Source: Bacteroidota bacterium
GTDB lineage: Bacteria; Bacteroidota; Ignavibacteria; UBA10030; UBA8401
DNA: 44,049 bases
NCBI GenBank assembly: GCA_028873075.1
Contig: JAGWND010000003.1
Coordinates: forward strand, 1 to 44,049
Direction of reading: 5' to 3'
Positions within the stretch are counted from its first letter, which is position 1, and each line of letters starts with the position of its first letter. A program made the position numbers and the translations under genes. The notes under the pieces were generated by a model. It was given only the letters and a program-made list of their open reading frames with translations. It searched no databases and was not told where the DNA came from. Positions 26,950 to 37,292 of this stretch are shown here, piece by piece.

Positions 26950-28623
26950 TCAATACACGTTGTAACGAATACTGAATACCACATCGTACTTTCCTGCATA
27001 CGCTGGTTCAGCAAGATAATCAAATGGATTGTTGATGAAATCGGGCGTTGTGGGTTTTATGTCTGTTGAAAAACGTGTTCGCAGCACATGAAAATCTACA
27101 AATAAATCACGCAGCGGCTGATAACTCCCGACAATTCCAAACGATTGCTGTTTAGTGACCGGTCCGTAAAATAACGGAGGTTCGTTTCTTGAATATTGAT
27201 ATTTCGTTGAATCTTTCCCTCCTTTGCGAAGCGATTCAAATTGCAGACCGACTTCAAGATTGTACATCGGACGATAGGAAATCGCAGCGGAAAATAAATC
27301 CGCATTTTGACCGATCCAATTTCCTAAATTCACGCCATGATTTTGATATGTGTCTTCAGGAAAATTATGATTATAGACCCACGGATTAATGCGGGTGTAT
27401 TCGACGTTTATTCTCGTATCGTGATATACTACATCGTAGGCATTTCCGCCGAACGTAAAGCCGACCTGATTATGGTTTTCGGTCGGGCTGAATATCTTTT
27501 CGGGTCGTAATTCATCAACATACCATGCGAGATACCAACTGTAATTCTTGATGACAGAAACTTTAAAGCTGCCAAAAAATGCCGAGTTGTCGTCATCATC
27601 CATATAATGCTCTGCGGCTTTGAAAAACATCACGGGAATGAGATACAGCAATTCAGGATTTCTGTTCCCGTAAATTTCCGATTCGCCGAGCGCAATGTTC
27701 ACGCCGTTCCAGGGCGTGAACTCGAGCATTTGCGCCGCAATGTATTTGGGCACATAAATGCTCCTTATACTTTTTGTTCCTAGAGCAGAAGCATTGTACG
27801 AGCGCGACGAGTCTAATATTCCTGAAAAAAGCCAGCCGTGAATATAGGTGAACTCTATATCTTTGCTCAGCCTGGCACGTAATTTAATTTGTGGGAATGC
27901 CGGTGCTTTGGTGGAAAGAATAAGATTGCCGTTTTCACCTGCACCCCAGACGTCGTTCATTTGTTCGAGAGAGAGCGTAACGAATCCCAAATCAATATTC
28001 AATTGCGCGTTGAAGGTATCGTAATCGTACGACGTTGCGGATGTTGAGTTTGAAATTACCGCCGCTTGTAGAGGAGAAAGAGGGCGCAACACCGCCTGAT
28101 TTTGCCCCAGAGAAGCGACATATGAACCGCCGTCGTGGTTATCGTGATAGTAAAAATATACGCCAAGAGATTTTCCGAAATATCCGTACGAAAAGAATCC
28201 ATTCTGCCAATTGTGAAGAACGTTTCCGTCCGCCATGTGATCGTTTGATGCGCCGCCGATAAGATCAACAACAAAATTTGATGGCTCGCTTTGGTAATGG
28301 TACAGATGCCAGCGCTCTTCGGGTAGCTTATCGTATTTCAGGTTTTTCAATTCTTCAAAAAATTCTTCTTTATAAAACCTCAATTCGTCACGCTCAATAC
28401 TAGTCATTTGTGCATCAGTGCTGTCGAGCGTTATAAGAAATTTTGCAATCGCTTCGCGGCTCAGTGGTTTCACGGCGTCGCGGTAGTCGGTGATGAATTG
28501 TTTTGCCGCCATTTTGTCAAGAAAATTATAGACAGGATGGGTTGCGGGTAAATAAACGGATTGAGCGGTGAGCGATGAAAAGACGAACAAACACGCTGTG
28601 GAGAAAAATACGATTTTGTTCAT
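26950..28623 (-). CDS. Capsule assembly Wzi-family outer-membrane beta-barrel
   Basis: Signal peptide; WG.G..G.LILS..AP.FPQI, EYTR..PWVY.H and G.WIG.NAD motifs; terminal aromatic residue. Confidence 0.7.
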   Translation of the reverse strand: MNKIVFFSTACLFVFSSLTAQSVYLPATHPVYNFLDKMAAKQFITDYRDAVKPLSREAIAKFLITLDSTDAQMTSIERDELRFYKEEFFEELKNLKYDKLPEERWHLYHYQSEPSNFVVDLIGGASNDHMADGNVLHNWQNGFFSYGYFGKSLGVYFYYHDNHDGGSYVASLGQNQAVLRPLSPLQAAVISNSTSATSYDYDTFNAQLNIDLGFVTLSLEQMNDVWGAGENGNLILSTKAPAFPQIKLRARLSKDIEFTYIHGWLFSGILDSSRSYNASALGTKSIRSIYVPKYIAAQMLEFTPWNGVNIALGESEIYGNRNPELLYLIPVMFFKAAEHYMDDDDNSAFFGSFKVSVIKNYSWYLAWYVDELRPEKIFSPTENHNQVGFTFGGNAYDVVYHDTRINVEYTRINPWVYNHNFPEDTYQNHGVNLGNWIGQNADLFSAAISYRPMYNLEVGLQFESLRKGGKDSTKYQYSRNEPPLFYGPVTKQQSFGIVGSYQPLRDLFVDFHVLRTRFSTDIKPTTPDFINNPFDYLAEPAYAGKYDVVFSIRYNVY

Positions 28624-28677
28624 CAAGGGTTTCCTTTTTTGAAGATGTGAATATGTACACAACAAAGCATACATACG

Positions 28678-28875
28678 TTACTTTTTCTCAGATTTATTGT
28701 CAAGTTGTTTTGCTTCTTTTTCGACTTCTTCTTGGATGTCCCGCGCTGCTTTACGAAATTCCCGAATTCCCTGCCCAAGCCCTTTTGCTATCTCAGGAAT
28801 TTTCTTCGCGCCGAAGAAGATAATGATGACAAATAATATCAGCAGAAGTTCCGGGAGACCGATATTTTCAAACAT
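28678..28875 (-). CDS. tatA: Twin-arginine translocase TatA/E subunit
   Basis: IG.PELLLI....IFFGAKKIPEIAKGLGQGIREFRKA. Confidence 0.95.
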   Translation of the reverse strand: MFENIGLPELLLILFVIIIFFGAKKIPEIAKGLGQGIREFRKAARDIQEEVEKEAKQLDNKSEKK

Positions 28876-28917
28876 GACAGTTTTCCTTTCTCGTATTTGT
28901 GAAATGCGTTCGTTAAT

Positions 28918-30414
28918 TCAATTTTTTGGGACATCTTCTCTGTTCCACCAGCCGCCGCCAAGCGCAAAGAATAACGCCGCTGTGTCGGCATACCGGTTCG
29001 CTCGCGCCTGCACAAGGCTGATCACCGCGTCTTGATATGTTTGTTCAGCGTTCAACAATGCGAGATAGTTTGTGTATCCCGCTTGCCATTGTTTCCTTGC
29101 TAAGTCGAGGGTCATTTCGGCAGCATTGTTAGCGTCAGCCGACGCCTTCAGCGTCGCGGCATCTTGCTCGAGAGCTTGAAGTACATCGGCAACATTTCGG
29201 AACGCATTGAGAACAGTGCTGCGGTATTGTTCTGCAGCTTGTGTGTATGCCGCTTTCGCCGCACGCTCTTGGTGCAGTAACTTTCCTCCTTCAAAAATCG
29301 GTTGCGTTGCGTTCGCAGCCATGTCCCAGATCCCCGTGCCACCTTTAAATAGAGTGGCAGGATTGAGCGCCATGCTTCCGATATCAGCAGTCAGAGTAAT
29401 AAGCGGCAGCCGGTTGGCTTCAGCAATTCCGATTTGTGCGCTTGCCGCGTGTAAATTTTCTTCCGCTTGCAAAATGTCGGGACGCCGTTCCACTAACTTT
29501 GAGGGAATGCTCTCAGGAAGTTCTTGCGGAAGCTGTAAGCTTGAAAGTGAAAACGTTTCAGACAAATCCTGGTTCGGAAAATTTCCGGACAGCATTGCGA
29601 GAAGATTGCGCTGCTGAGCGAGCTGTTTTTCCAGCGGTGGAAGCGTGGCGGTAATCTGAGCGAGCTGGGATTCCTGCTCGGCAACTTCGAGCCGGCCGAC
29701 ATACCCTTTCTCGAATTGCTTGTGCAGGATTTCAACCATGTCGCTATTGATGGTGATGAGTTGCCGCGTCGCATCAATCTGCGCGCGCAGCGATGCTTCC
29801 TGAATCGCCGCCGCAGCGACATTTGCGCTTACTGTAATGTGTGCTGCGATAAGAGCGAATCGGATTTGTTCTGCCTGCGCTTTGAATAGTTCAGCGGTTC
29901 GACGATATAGACCAAATACATCCGGTACGTACGAGACGCTCACTTGCGGTGTGAAAAGACTGAAATACACATCGCCTGAATTAGGCGTGGGTGAAATTTC
30001 TGACGCTGTTTTCGATCTGCTTGCTGAAAAATTTCCTGCCGCACTTGGATACAATGCACTGCGTTGCGCGAGAAAATTTTCCTGCGCAGCGGTTAAAGCG
30101 GCTTGAGCAGCTTTAAGATCGGGATTGTTTTTCAGCGAAAGCTCTATTAAAGCATTAAGCGGTTTCGATTGGAACAGTGCCCACCATTCTCCGGAAATAT
30201 CACTGTCTTCTATAAAACGTTGAGCACTCCCGCCGGAGAGATTCGCTGTGGAGTCGGTGGTCGAAAGAGGTTTTGTTGTATAGCCAGCAGTGCTGTCCGG
30301 AGGCGAAGGTTTTACAAAATCGGGACCGACAGTGCAGCCGGCGGTAAACAGCAAGAGTGTTGTAATAACCGAAACCCAATCTGATTTTTTCTGAGATAAA
30401 ATCATACAAATCAT
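28918..30414 (-). CDS. RND efflux outer-membrane factor, NodT/TolC-family lipoprotein
   Basis: AGCTVGPDF lipobox, WW..F....LN.LI, RRPDI..AE, LF.ALGGGW. Confidence 0.93.
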   Translation of the reverse strand: MICMILSQKKSDWVSVITTLLLFTAGCTVGPDFVKPSPPDSTAGYTTKPLSTTDSTANLSGGSAQRFIEDSDISGEWWALFQSKPLNALIELSLKNNPDLKAAQAALTAAQENFLAQRSALYPSAAGNFSASRSKTASEISPTPNSGDVYFSLFTPQVSVSYVPDVFGLYRRTAELFKAQAEQIRFALIAAHITVSANVAAAAIQEASLRAQIDATRQLITINSDMVEILHKQFEKGYVGRLEVAEQESQLAQITATLPPLEKQLAQQRNLLAMLSGNFPNQDLSETFSLSSLQLPQELPESIPSKLVERRPDILQAEENLHAASAQIGIAEANRLPLITLTADIGSMALNPATLFKGGTGIWDMAANATQPIFEGGKLLHQERAAKAAYTQAAEQYRSTVLNAFRNVADVLQALEQDAATLKASADANNAAEMTLDLARKQWQAGYTNYLALLNAEQTYQDAVISLVQARANRYADTAALFFALGGGWWNREDVPKN

Positions 30415-30417
30415 TCC

Positions 30418-33400
30418 TTATACACTTTGTTTTATTTCCGCTTTAGTTACTTGATTTTTCTTGCGATCCAGAACAATCATTTTCAATGCGGGCACGACGA
30501 TGAGCAGCATAAGCGGACCAACTAACATACCGCCAACGATGACCGTTGCCAGAGGACGCTGCACTTGACTTCCAATTCCTGTGGAAATTGCCGAAGGCAG
30601 CAAACCAAGGCAAGCAGAGAGGCTTATCATAAGTATCGAGCGCATGCGAGTAGACGCGGCGTAAAACATCGCATTCATCGGTGCATCGCCGCGGAGCCGT
30701 GCGTGGTTGAAATACGTCATCAGTAGAATTCCATTCATAACGGAAACGCCGAAGAGCGAAATAAAGCCGATCGCCGCGGAAATACTGAAATTAAGTCCAG
30801 CAATATAAAGCGCTAATACGCCGCCGGCAATCGCAAACGGAATTCCTGAAAGAACCAACAAACACTCGCGCAATGAATTGAACATCGCGTAGAGAATGCC
30901 GAGAATAATGACAAGCGTAATCGGTACGATAATCGCCAGACGTTTTTGTGCAGCCTGAAGCTGTCCGAATTCTCCAGCCCACACAAGACGATAGCCGCTC
31001 GGGAGCTTCACGTTTTTTGCAATGCGCTCCTGCGCTTCTGCAACAGTGCTTCCAAGATCGCGTCCGCGCACGCTGAACTTTATCGGAATGAAACGCTCGG
31101 TGCTTTCATGATAGATCCATGAGGCTCCGTTATCAAAAGTGATCGTTGCCAATTCGCTCAACGGTATGTAGGCGCTTGCACCGCTTCGTGTTTGGTAGGC
31201 AACTTTGATGTTCGATATTTTCTCAACGTTGTCCCGGTATTCCTGCGGATAGCGGACAGCGACGTCAAACTGGCGGTCGTTCTCGAAAATTGTTGTTGCC
31301 GTCACTCCGCCCACTGCTGCCTGGATGATGGAATTCACGTCTCCGACGTTCAATCCGTAGCGTGCAGCTTTTGCTCTGTCCACCTTGATGTTAAGATTCG
31401 GCTGACCAAGGATCGGAAAAATCCCGAGATCGGCAACTCCCGGCACCTGTGCCATCTCATTGCGAACTTGTTCAGCCAATACTGTCAGCGTTTTTAGATT
31501 TGGTCCGATAATCTTGACAGAATTCGCGCCTTTGACGCCGGAAATCCCTTCCTGAATGTTGTCCTGAATGTATTGCGAAAAAGTAAAATTGACTCCCGGC
31601 AATTCCCGTTGGAAGTCTGCGTTAATTTGCTCAGTCAATTTTTCTTTTGTCATGCCTTTAGGCCACTGACTCAGCGGTTTGAGCGGCGCGAACAATTCAA
31701 CATTTGAAAACGGCGAAGCATCGCTGCCGTCATCGGGTCGTCCGTGCTGAGATGATACGGTGATGACTTCGGGGTATTTCATGAGTATCAGCCGCATTTT
31801 TCTTGCTGCTGCTTCACCATCCTGAAGTGAAAGCGTCATCGGCATGGACGCACGAATCCAAAAATTACCTTCTTCAAGGGCAGGAAGAAATTCACTTCCG
31901 AGGCGAGCTGCTAAAAATCCTGCGAGAGCGATGAAGAGAATTCCGGCGATGAGCATCGCTCTTCGTTTTGCAAGCGCAAACCGCAGTACCGGATTATAGA
32001 GACGGTGCAAAAACCGGACAACGATTGTCTCTGTTTCTTTCACATTCTCTGGAAGAAGAAAGGAAGAAAGAACGGGTGTAGCGGTGAATGTTGCAATCAA
32101 CGCGCCGGCAAGCGCGTACGCATACGTTCGCGCCATCGGTCCGAAGATGGCTCCTTCGACTCCTTGCATCGTGAAGAGCGGAACAAAGGCGGCAACGGTG
32201 ATGAGTGCCGAGAAGAGAACAGGATTGCCGACTTGTATAGCGCTGATCAGGATTTCTTTTAACCGCGTTGTCCAAGTTTGGTGCACTGAAGAGTGCAGCG
32301 CGTTTGTCGGATCGGGTCCCCAAAATCCGTCGGCGAGTTGACGAAGCAAACTTTCCCGTTCCTCCGGCGTTTTCTGAAAATTTCTGAAAATATTTTCGAT
32401 GAGAATAACCGATGCGTCCACAATAATACCGAGGTCAACAGCGCCTACCGAAAGGAGATTGGCGCTTTCGCCTCGTATCACAAGAATGATAACGGCGAAA
32501 AAAAGTGCAAACGGAATAGTCAAGCCGACAATAATTGCGCTTCGGAGATCGCCGAGAAAAATCCATTGAATGAAAAAAATCAGCAGCGTTCCGAAAATCA
32601 GGTTATGCAGAACAGTGCTTGTCGTAACCGATATTAACCAGCCACGATCATAAAACGGAACGAGCTTTACTCCGGGCGGCAGGCTGCCATCATGGTTCAT
32701 TTTGTTAATTTCGGCTTCAACCTTCGGCAGCAAGTCATGTGCACGCTCATCGCGGCTCATCACCACAATTCCCGCGACTCCGTCGTCTTCCTTATCGTGT
32801 CCCCAAATGCCGAGTCTCGGTACATATCCTACAGATACTGCAGCAACATCCTTTACCAGAATCGGAACTCCGTTCGATTGAGTGAGAACAACATTTTCAA
32901 TGTCATCGGTGTGGTAGCCCTGAGTCAAATCATCGTTTCCTCCGTCGTCCATTAATCCGACGCCGCGAATGTTGATGGACTGCTGACCGATTCGAATTTC
33001 CCGTCCACCGACGTTGATGTTCGCGTTATTCAACGCCGTGAGCACTTGAGGCACAGAAAGATTGTAGGCTTGAAGCTTGTGCGGATCAACATCAACCTCG
33101 AATTGTTTTGTCGGACCGCCCCACGAGTTGACTTGAACAATACCGGGAATAGTCAACAGGCGCCGCTTCACGATCCATTCCTGCACCGTCCGAAGATTTT
33201 CCAATCCAAAATGTTTCGGACCGATAACTTCGTAGCGAAGAATTTCTCCGGTTGTGCTGTTCTGTTGGATTGTTGGAACCAAACCTCCCGGCAGATTAAT
33301 ATTTTGCTGTATTGCGACTGCTGTTTGACTGTAAGCAAAATGAAAATCTACGCCGTACTTGAAAACAACCCGAACAAACGACAAACCGTAGAACGATGTT

Positions 33401-33651
33401 GAGCGAATGACATCAATTCCGGGAACAGTGTACAGCCCGATTTCAATCGGTCGCGTGTAGTAACGCTCCATTTCTTCAGCGGAAAGCCCCGGCGCTTGAG
33501 CGGTGACTTCAAGAATAACCGGCGTCGGATTAGGATATGCCTCGATGTTGAGCTGCTGGTATGCGGCGAATCCGGCGCCGAGGAACAGCAGCAAACAGAC
33601 GAGAACGATGGCGCGATGACTTAAACAAAACGCGATGATGGAATTCAGCAT
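30418..33651 (-). CDS. czcA: CzcA/CusA-family heavy-metal RND efflux transporter
   Basis: IEAYP, SANLLSVGAVDLGIIVD, EFLP.LEEG, GFISLFGVSVMNG, GSQVQRPLATVIVGG; 1077 aa. Confidence 0.92.
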   Translation of the reverse strand: MLNSIIAFCLSHRAIVLVCLLLFLGAGFAAYQQLNIEAYPNPTPVILEVTAQAPGLSAEEMERYYTRPIEIGLYTVPGIDVIRSTSFYGLSFVRVVFKYGVDFHFAYSQTAVAIQQNINLPGGLVPTIQQNSTTGEILRYEVIGPKHFGLENLRTVQEWIVKRRLLTIPGIVQVNSWGGPTKQFEVDVDPHKLQAYNLSVPQVLTALNNANINVGGREIRIGQQSINIRGVGLMDDGGNDDLTQGYHTDDIENVVLTQSNGVPILVKDVAAVSVGYVPRLGIWGHDKEDDGVAGIVVMSRDERAHDLLPKVEAEINKMNHDGSLPPGVKLVPFYDRGWLISVTTSTVLHNLIFGTLLIFFIQWIFLGDLRSAIIVGLTIPFALFFAVIILVIRGESANLLSVGAVDLGIIVDASVILIENIFRNFQKTPEERESLLRQLADGFWGPDPTNALHSSVHQTWTTRLKEILISAIQVGNPVLFSALITVAAFVPLFTMQGVEGAIFGPMARTYAYALAGALIATFTATPVLSSFLLPENVKETETIVVRFLHRLYNPVLRFALAKRRAMLIAGILFIALAGFLAARLGSEFLPALEEGNFWIRASMPMTLSLQDGEAAARKMRLILMKYPEVITVSSQHGRPDDGSDASPFSNVELFAPLKPLSQWPKGMTKEKLTEQINADFQRELPGVNFTFSQYIQDNIQEGISGVKGANSVKIIGPNLKTLTVLAEQVRNEMAQVPGVADLGIFPILGQPNLNIKVDRAKAARYGLNVGDVNSIIQAAVGGVTATTIFENDRQFDVAVRYPQEYRDNVEKISNIKVAYQTRSGASAYIPLSELATITFDNGASWIYHESTERFIPIKFSVRGRDLGSTVAEAQERIAKNVKLPSGYRLVWAGEFGQLQAAQKRLAIIVPITLVIILGILYAMFNSLRECLLVLSGIPFAIAGGVLALYIAGLNFSISAAIGFISLFGVSVMNGILLMTYFNHARLRGDAPMNAMFYAASTRMRSILMISLSACLGLLPSAISTGIGSQVQRPLATVIVGGMLVGPLMLLIVVPALKMIVLDRKKNQVTKAEIKQSV

Positions 33652-33665
33652 AATAATTCTCCTCC

Positions 33666-34658
33666 TTAATCTTCCGGCGGAGCTTGCAGCATGTTGCTGA
33701 GAAATACGCCCCCTCTGCTCACCATCTGTTCTCCGGGTCTAAGTCCATCGAGGATTTGGTATTCGTCGTCTCGCTGCAATCCTACTGTCACCTTTCTCTG
33801 GACGAAGCGGCAGCGGTCTGTCGTTACCCAGACGGTTAACGTACCGTCGCCTTCACGCACGATACCCGTAACAGGAATTGTTACAGCTTTTTTCTTGTCG
33901 CCGAAAAAATGTGCTGTTCCGAACATTCCGGCGCGGAGTTTGTTCTCAAGATTCGAAAGAATGATTCGGACTTTCGCGGTTCTCGTTGTTGGATCAATGA
34001 CATCGCCGATGGAGGAGACCTTTCCAATGAAGCGTTCTGCGGGATATGCGTTACACTCAATTTCAACTTTTGAGTTCGTTTTGATATTGGTGAGCTGTCC
34101 TTCTGGGACTTCGGCGGCAACGATCACCGTTCCTGCAGCCGTTTGCTCGAGCACCTTCGGATCAATTCCAGCAGCACGCAACTGGCTTTCTTTCTGTGCC
34201 ATATCTGCCTGCGATTGGTTGTAGTCTGTTTGTGCGTCGAGCAATTCTTTTTCTGCGATGGCTTTGTCTTTTGTCAAATCTTCCAAACGGCGGTAATTTT
34301 TTGACGAGCGCTCGACGGCAGAAACGCTTTTTACAAAATCGGCATACAATTGCGTTAAGTCCGGCGTTTCAAAAAGGTATACGTTGCCGTTTCCGAATTC
34401 GGAGCGCGCGATGCTCACAGCAAAATGCGCCGGAGCCGTAAACTCGGTTTGAATAGTTTCTTCGTGTACCGTATCAATGGTGAATTGTTGAAGCTGAAGC
34501 GAATTCGGTGAGAAAACAATTTCGTTTTCATCGTTCAGCACCTGCGGCGCTGAGATGTTTCGTCCCGAAGCCGCCCGGGCTTCATCTGAGCGATTGCATG
34601 ACTGTAATGCTAATCCATCCAAAATTATCAGCATGGGAATTAAAATTCTCGTGATCAT
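33666..34658 (-). CDS. RND efflux periplasmic adaptor (CzcB-like)
   Basis: AEVPE, IDP.TRT.KVR, LRAGMF, GL.PGE; lipoprotein-like N-terminus; GAGGA SD. Confidence 0.88.
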   Translation of the reverse strand: MITRILIPMLIILDGLALQSCNRSDEARAASGRNISAPQVLNDENEIVFSPNSLQLQQFTIDTVHEETIQTEFTAPAHFAVSIARSEFGNGNVYLFETPDLTQLYADFVKSVSAVERSSKNYRRLEDLTKDKAIAEKELLDAQTDYNQSQADMAQKESQLRAAGIDPKVLEQTAAGTVIVAAEVPEGQLTNIKTNSKVEIECNAYPAERFIGKVSSIGDVIDPTTRTAKVRIILSNLENKLRAGMFGTAHFFGDKKKAVTIPVTGIVREGDGTLTVWVTTDRCRFVQRKVTVGLQRDDEYQILDGLRPGEQMVSRGGVFLSNMLQAPPED

Positions 34659-34876
34659 ATCTTTTCCTCGATAAAGCCTAATACATTCTTTTTAATACAA
34701 CTGAAGAATCAAACTTGTATGTGAAACCGTTTCAGCGGTTTTTCACTATGCAAGCGTTAATGCGGCATTTTTATTCATTCGAACGGAGAATGGATAAAAA
34801 TAACGAGCGCTTGTACCGGCACAAAACAACCGGCGCAACCAAGTCTAAAAAAGGAAATGGAAACTGGAGAAAAAGA

Positions 34877-35284
34877 TTAGATGAGAAATTCGCAGTGGAG
34901 CAGGTACAGCGGTAACGCGGAAATATGAGAAATACAATGAACGTTCTGCTCAACAGGGAGGATGCTTATACTCTGATCTACTAGTGCCGGATCTGCTGCA
35001 AGGGAGGGGCTGTCCAAATCTACAATTTGTATTGTGTGCCGGCGTGCAGCGTGCAGCGGAGTGAGAGATAGCTTCAGCTGAATAAGTGATTTTGCATTTT
35101 GAAGCTCCTCGCTGTTTATCGCCGCGTTGCCCGATTCCTCTGAAATGCCGACTTCCTCGGGGTGGCTTACACTGGTTCCCGGCAAAACATCGTCGAGATT
35201 TGCGAAATCAGCGAAGAACGTGGCGATAAAGAACCACGTTACCAGTGTCAACAAATTCGATTTTTTAAAGCAGAGGGTCATCAT
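34877..35284 (-). CDS. Small leader-like membrane/exported protein heading the czcBAC-type operon
   Basis: 135-aa ORF with N-terminal hydrophobic helix, scattered His, and C-terminus HCISHISALPLYLLHCEFLI; strong promoter immediately upstream. Confidence 0.65.
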   Translation of the reverse strand: MMTLCFKKSNLLTLVTWFFIATFFADFANLDDVLPGTSVSHPEEVGISEESGNAAINSEELQNAKSLIQLKLSLTPLHAARRHTIQIVDLDSPSLAADPALVDQSISILPVEQNVHCISHISALPLYLLHCEFLI

Positions 35285-35302
35285 ATTTGAGCATCAAACG
35301 TA

Positions 35303-35333
35303 CAAATATACGCTGCCGCTGCGTGGTTGTCAA
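35303..35333 (-). promoter_or_regulatory. Promoter for the leader ORF + czcBAC
   Basis: Minus strand TTGACA (35333..35328), 17 bp, TATATT (35310..35305); also fits TAnnTTTG. Confidence 0.75.
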
Positions 35334-35402
35334 GGTTTGTTTGCTGAAGAAAAAGCGCTGATCACTTCACAGCATATACATGCATTGCAAATTAGTCGAA
35401 TG

Positions 35403-36902
35403 CTATTGCACAACAAACATTTTCTTTTCCCTGTCCCACAGTAAACGCGCACGATTTTTTCCCCACCACGTTTGGACTTTTGCAACATCCTTCACAGAAA
35501 ATGAAATTGGAATATGGCTTTGCAGATGATCGTGTGCGTCATCGGCGAAAATTCCGCCGTCCTGAATAAGGCGAATCATCGCCGGAATTGCGTCGGCATC
35601 TCCCAGCTCAAGTGCGGTTTCCAAAAACTGGATTTGCATCTCGGGGTCGTCCTCCGACTTCGACGCCTCGACAAGTTTTTTCGCGGAAACACCGTCGCCG
35701 AATGTCTTCACTGCAACAAGCACGCTTTGTTGAACGTCGTCTGATTTGTCGTTGAGAAGCGGAACGATCTGAGCTTCCGCTGAAGCGACGCGCGATTTCG
35801 TTAACAGGTCCACTGCGGCTTTACGCACTTCGGAATCTTCATCGTGAAGAGCTTTTGTAACAAGCGGAATCCATTCTTGTTGCTGTGCGGGAAACGAAGC
35901 AAGCATGTGAATACCCGATTGTCTTTCTGTGCTCGCTTGACTCTGAAGCAAATGCAATGCGTGTTCGAGAGGATCTTCTGCAGGTTTGCGGAAGAAAAAA
36001 ACACCCGCAATAAAAATTGCAACGACAGCAGCAGCCGACGCGAGATTTCTAACTGCAATAGAAACACGCTCCGCCGTTTTGATGTAGCGGTACATTCCGC
36101 TTATCAGTAAACCGGCTGCGAGCAAAACAACAACCAAGGGGCTTGTCGGAAGTCCGGTGTTCCACGAAAGCTTCACGCCGATGAAGCTGATGATCGCACT
36201 TCCGATCCAGCCGATTGCGAGCCGCGTGCTGAGTTTATCGGAAAGCATCATTGCTCCGACGGACGGAATGACGAGGTAGCTGAAGACGAGAAACACCCCC
36301 GCAATTGCCACTGAACTTGTGATGACGAATCCGAACGACATATAAAAGAGAAAATCCCATAAGCGGACATTGATGCCGCCCGCTTCCGCTCTTGCAGGAT
36401 CGAACGAGATTGCCATGAACTTTTTCCGGAAGATGAAATGGAACAACCCGACAATCGAATAAATGATTGCTGTTTTGATAACGACGTGGCCCTGTACCCA
36501 GAGCAGATCGCCTTTAATGATGTGATCGAGTTCCTGCGGACCGAGCGCGCTTTTTGAAAGGATCAGAATTGTTGCCGCGAACGTTACGGCATAGACAATG
36601 CCAATGATCGCTTCGTGCGGTACTTTTTCGCTCTTCATGCGTGTGGCGGAAAAGATGAACGCGCCGAAAATCGTGAATGCAAGCGAGTAAAGATACAATG
36701 CTGTAATATCCGTGCCAACTTCGTAACCGAGCAGCACGCCGATGACTGTTCCTAATGCGGCAATTTGCGCCAACGCAAGATCAACGAAAATGACTTTTCG
36801 TGCGACAACGTGAACACCTAAATAGACATGAATGCCGGTGAGCACGAGGCACGCCAGCAGCGGCCAGATCATTGTTGAGGGCAAATAGAAAAGTTGTTCC
36901 AT
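35403..36902 (-). CDS. ZnuB/MntB-type metal ABC permease fused to C-terminal HEAT-like repeats
   Basis: FVDLALAQIAALG, EAIIGIVY, SFDPARAEAGG, AGVFLVFSYLVIP; then LHDEDSEVRKAAVDLL and LLNDKSDDVQQ. Confidence 0.88.
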   Translation of the reverse strand: MEQLFYLPSTMIWPLLACLVLTGIHVYLGVHVVARKVIFVDLALAQIAALGTVIGVLLGYEVGTDITALYLYSLAFTIFGAFIFSATRMKSEKVPHEAIIGIVYAVTFAATILILSKSALGPQELDHIIKGDLLWVQGHVVIKTAIIYSIVGLFHFIFRKKFMAISFDPARAEAGGINVRLWDFLFYMSFGFVITSSVAIAGVFLVFSYLVIPSVGAMMLSDKLSTRLAIGWIGSAIISFIGVKLSWNTGLPTSPLVVVLLAAGLLISGMYRYIKTAERVSIAVRNLASAAAVVAIFIAGVFFFRKPAEDPLEHALHLLQSQASTERQSGIHMLASFPAQQQEWIPLVTKALHDEDSEVRKAAVDLLTKSRVASAEAQIVPLLNDKSDDVQQSVLVAVKTFGDGVSAKKLVEASKSEDDPEMQIQFLETALELGDADAIPAMIRLIQDGGIFADDAHDHLQSHIPISFSVKDVAKVQTWWGKNRARLLWDREKKMFVVQ

Positions 36903-36922
36903 AAAGTTTCCTTCGAGTGATC

Positions 36923-37292
36923 GTCATTTTGAGGTACTTATCCACGCCTTTGGCGTGGAAACTTCTTCTGCAATGACATTCGTTGTCATTCGTAGTCGTG
37001 GTTCGACTTCGCTCACCACGACAGCCGCCCTGAGCGAAGTCGAAGGGCGGAAAAAACCTCTTTCTTCTCGATGTCATTAGTAGGAGCGAAGCGACGAAGA
37101 ATCCAGCTTTTTGCCTCAAGGTAAAGTATGGATTCTTCGCTCCGCTGCTTATGACATTGGAGTCGTTCTGGGTCCCGCTGTTTTTTCGCTGATGCTCAGC
37201 ATGACAAACTCGGCCTAATTCGAAAGGCTGATCGGATGTCAATGCATGCGAAGATTCTTGACAAAGTCGAGATACATACCTCAGAATGACAA
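36923..37292. repeat. Cluster of REP-like palindromes (GTCAT...ATGAC and TTCGACTTCGCTCA types)
   Basis: TCCACGCC-TTT-GGCGTGGA (36941..36959); TTCGACTTCGCTCA (37002..37015) with TGAGCGAAGTCGAA (37031..37044); ATGTCAT..CGAAGAATCC..GGATTCTTCG..ATGACAT (37071..37157); half copies CTCAGCATGAC and CTCAGAATGAC. Confidence 0.8.
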
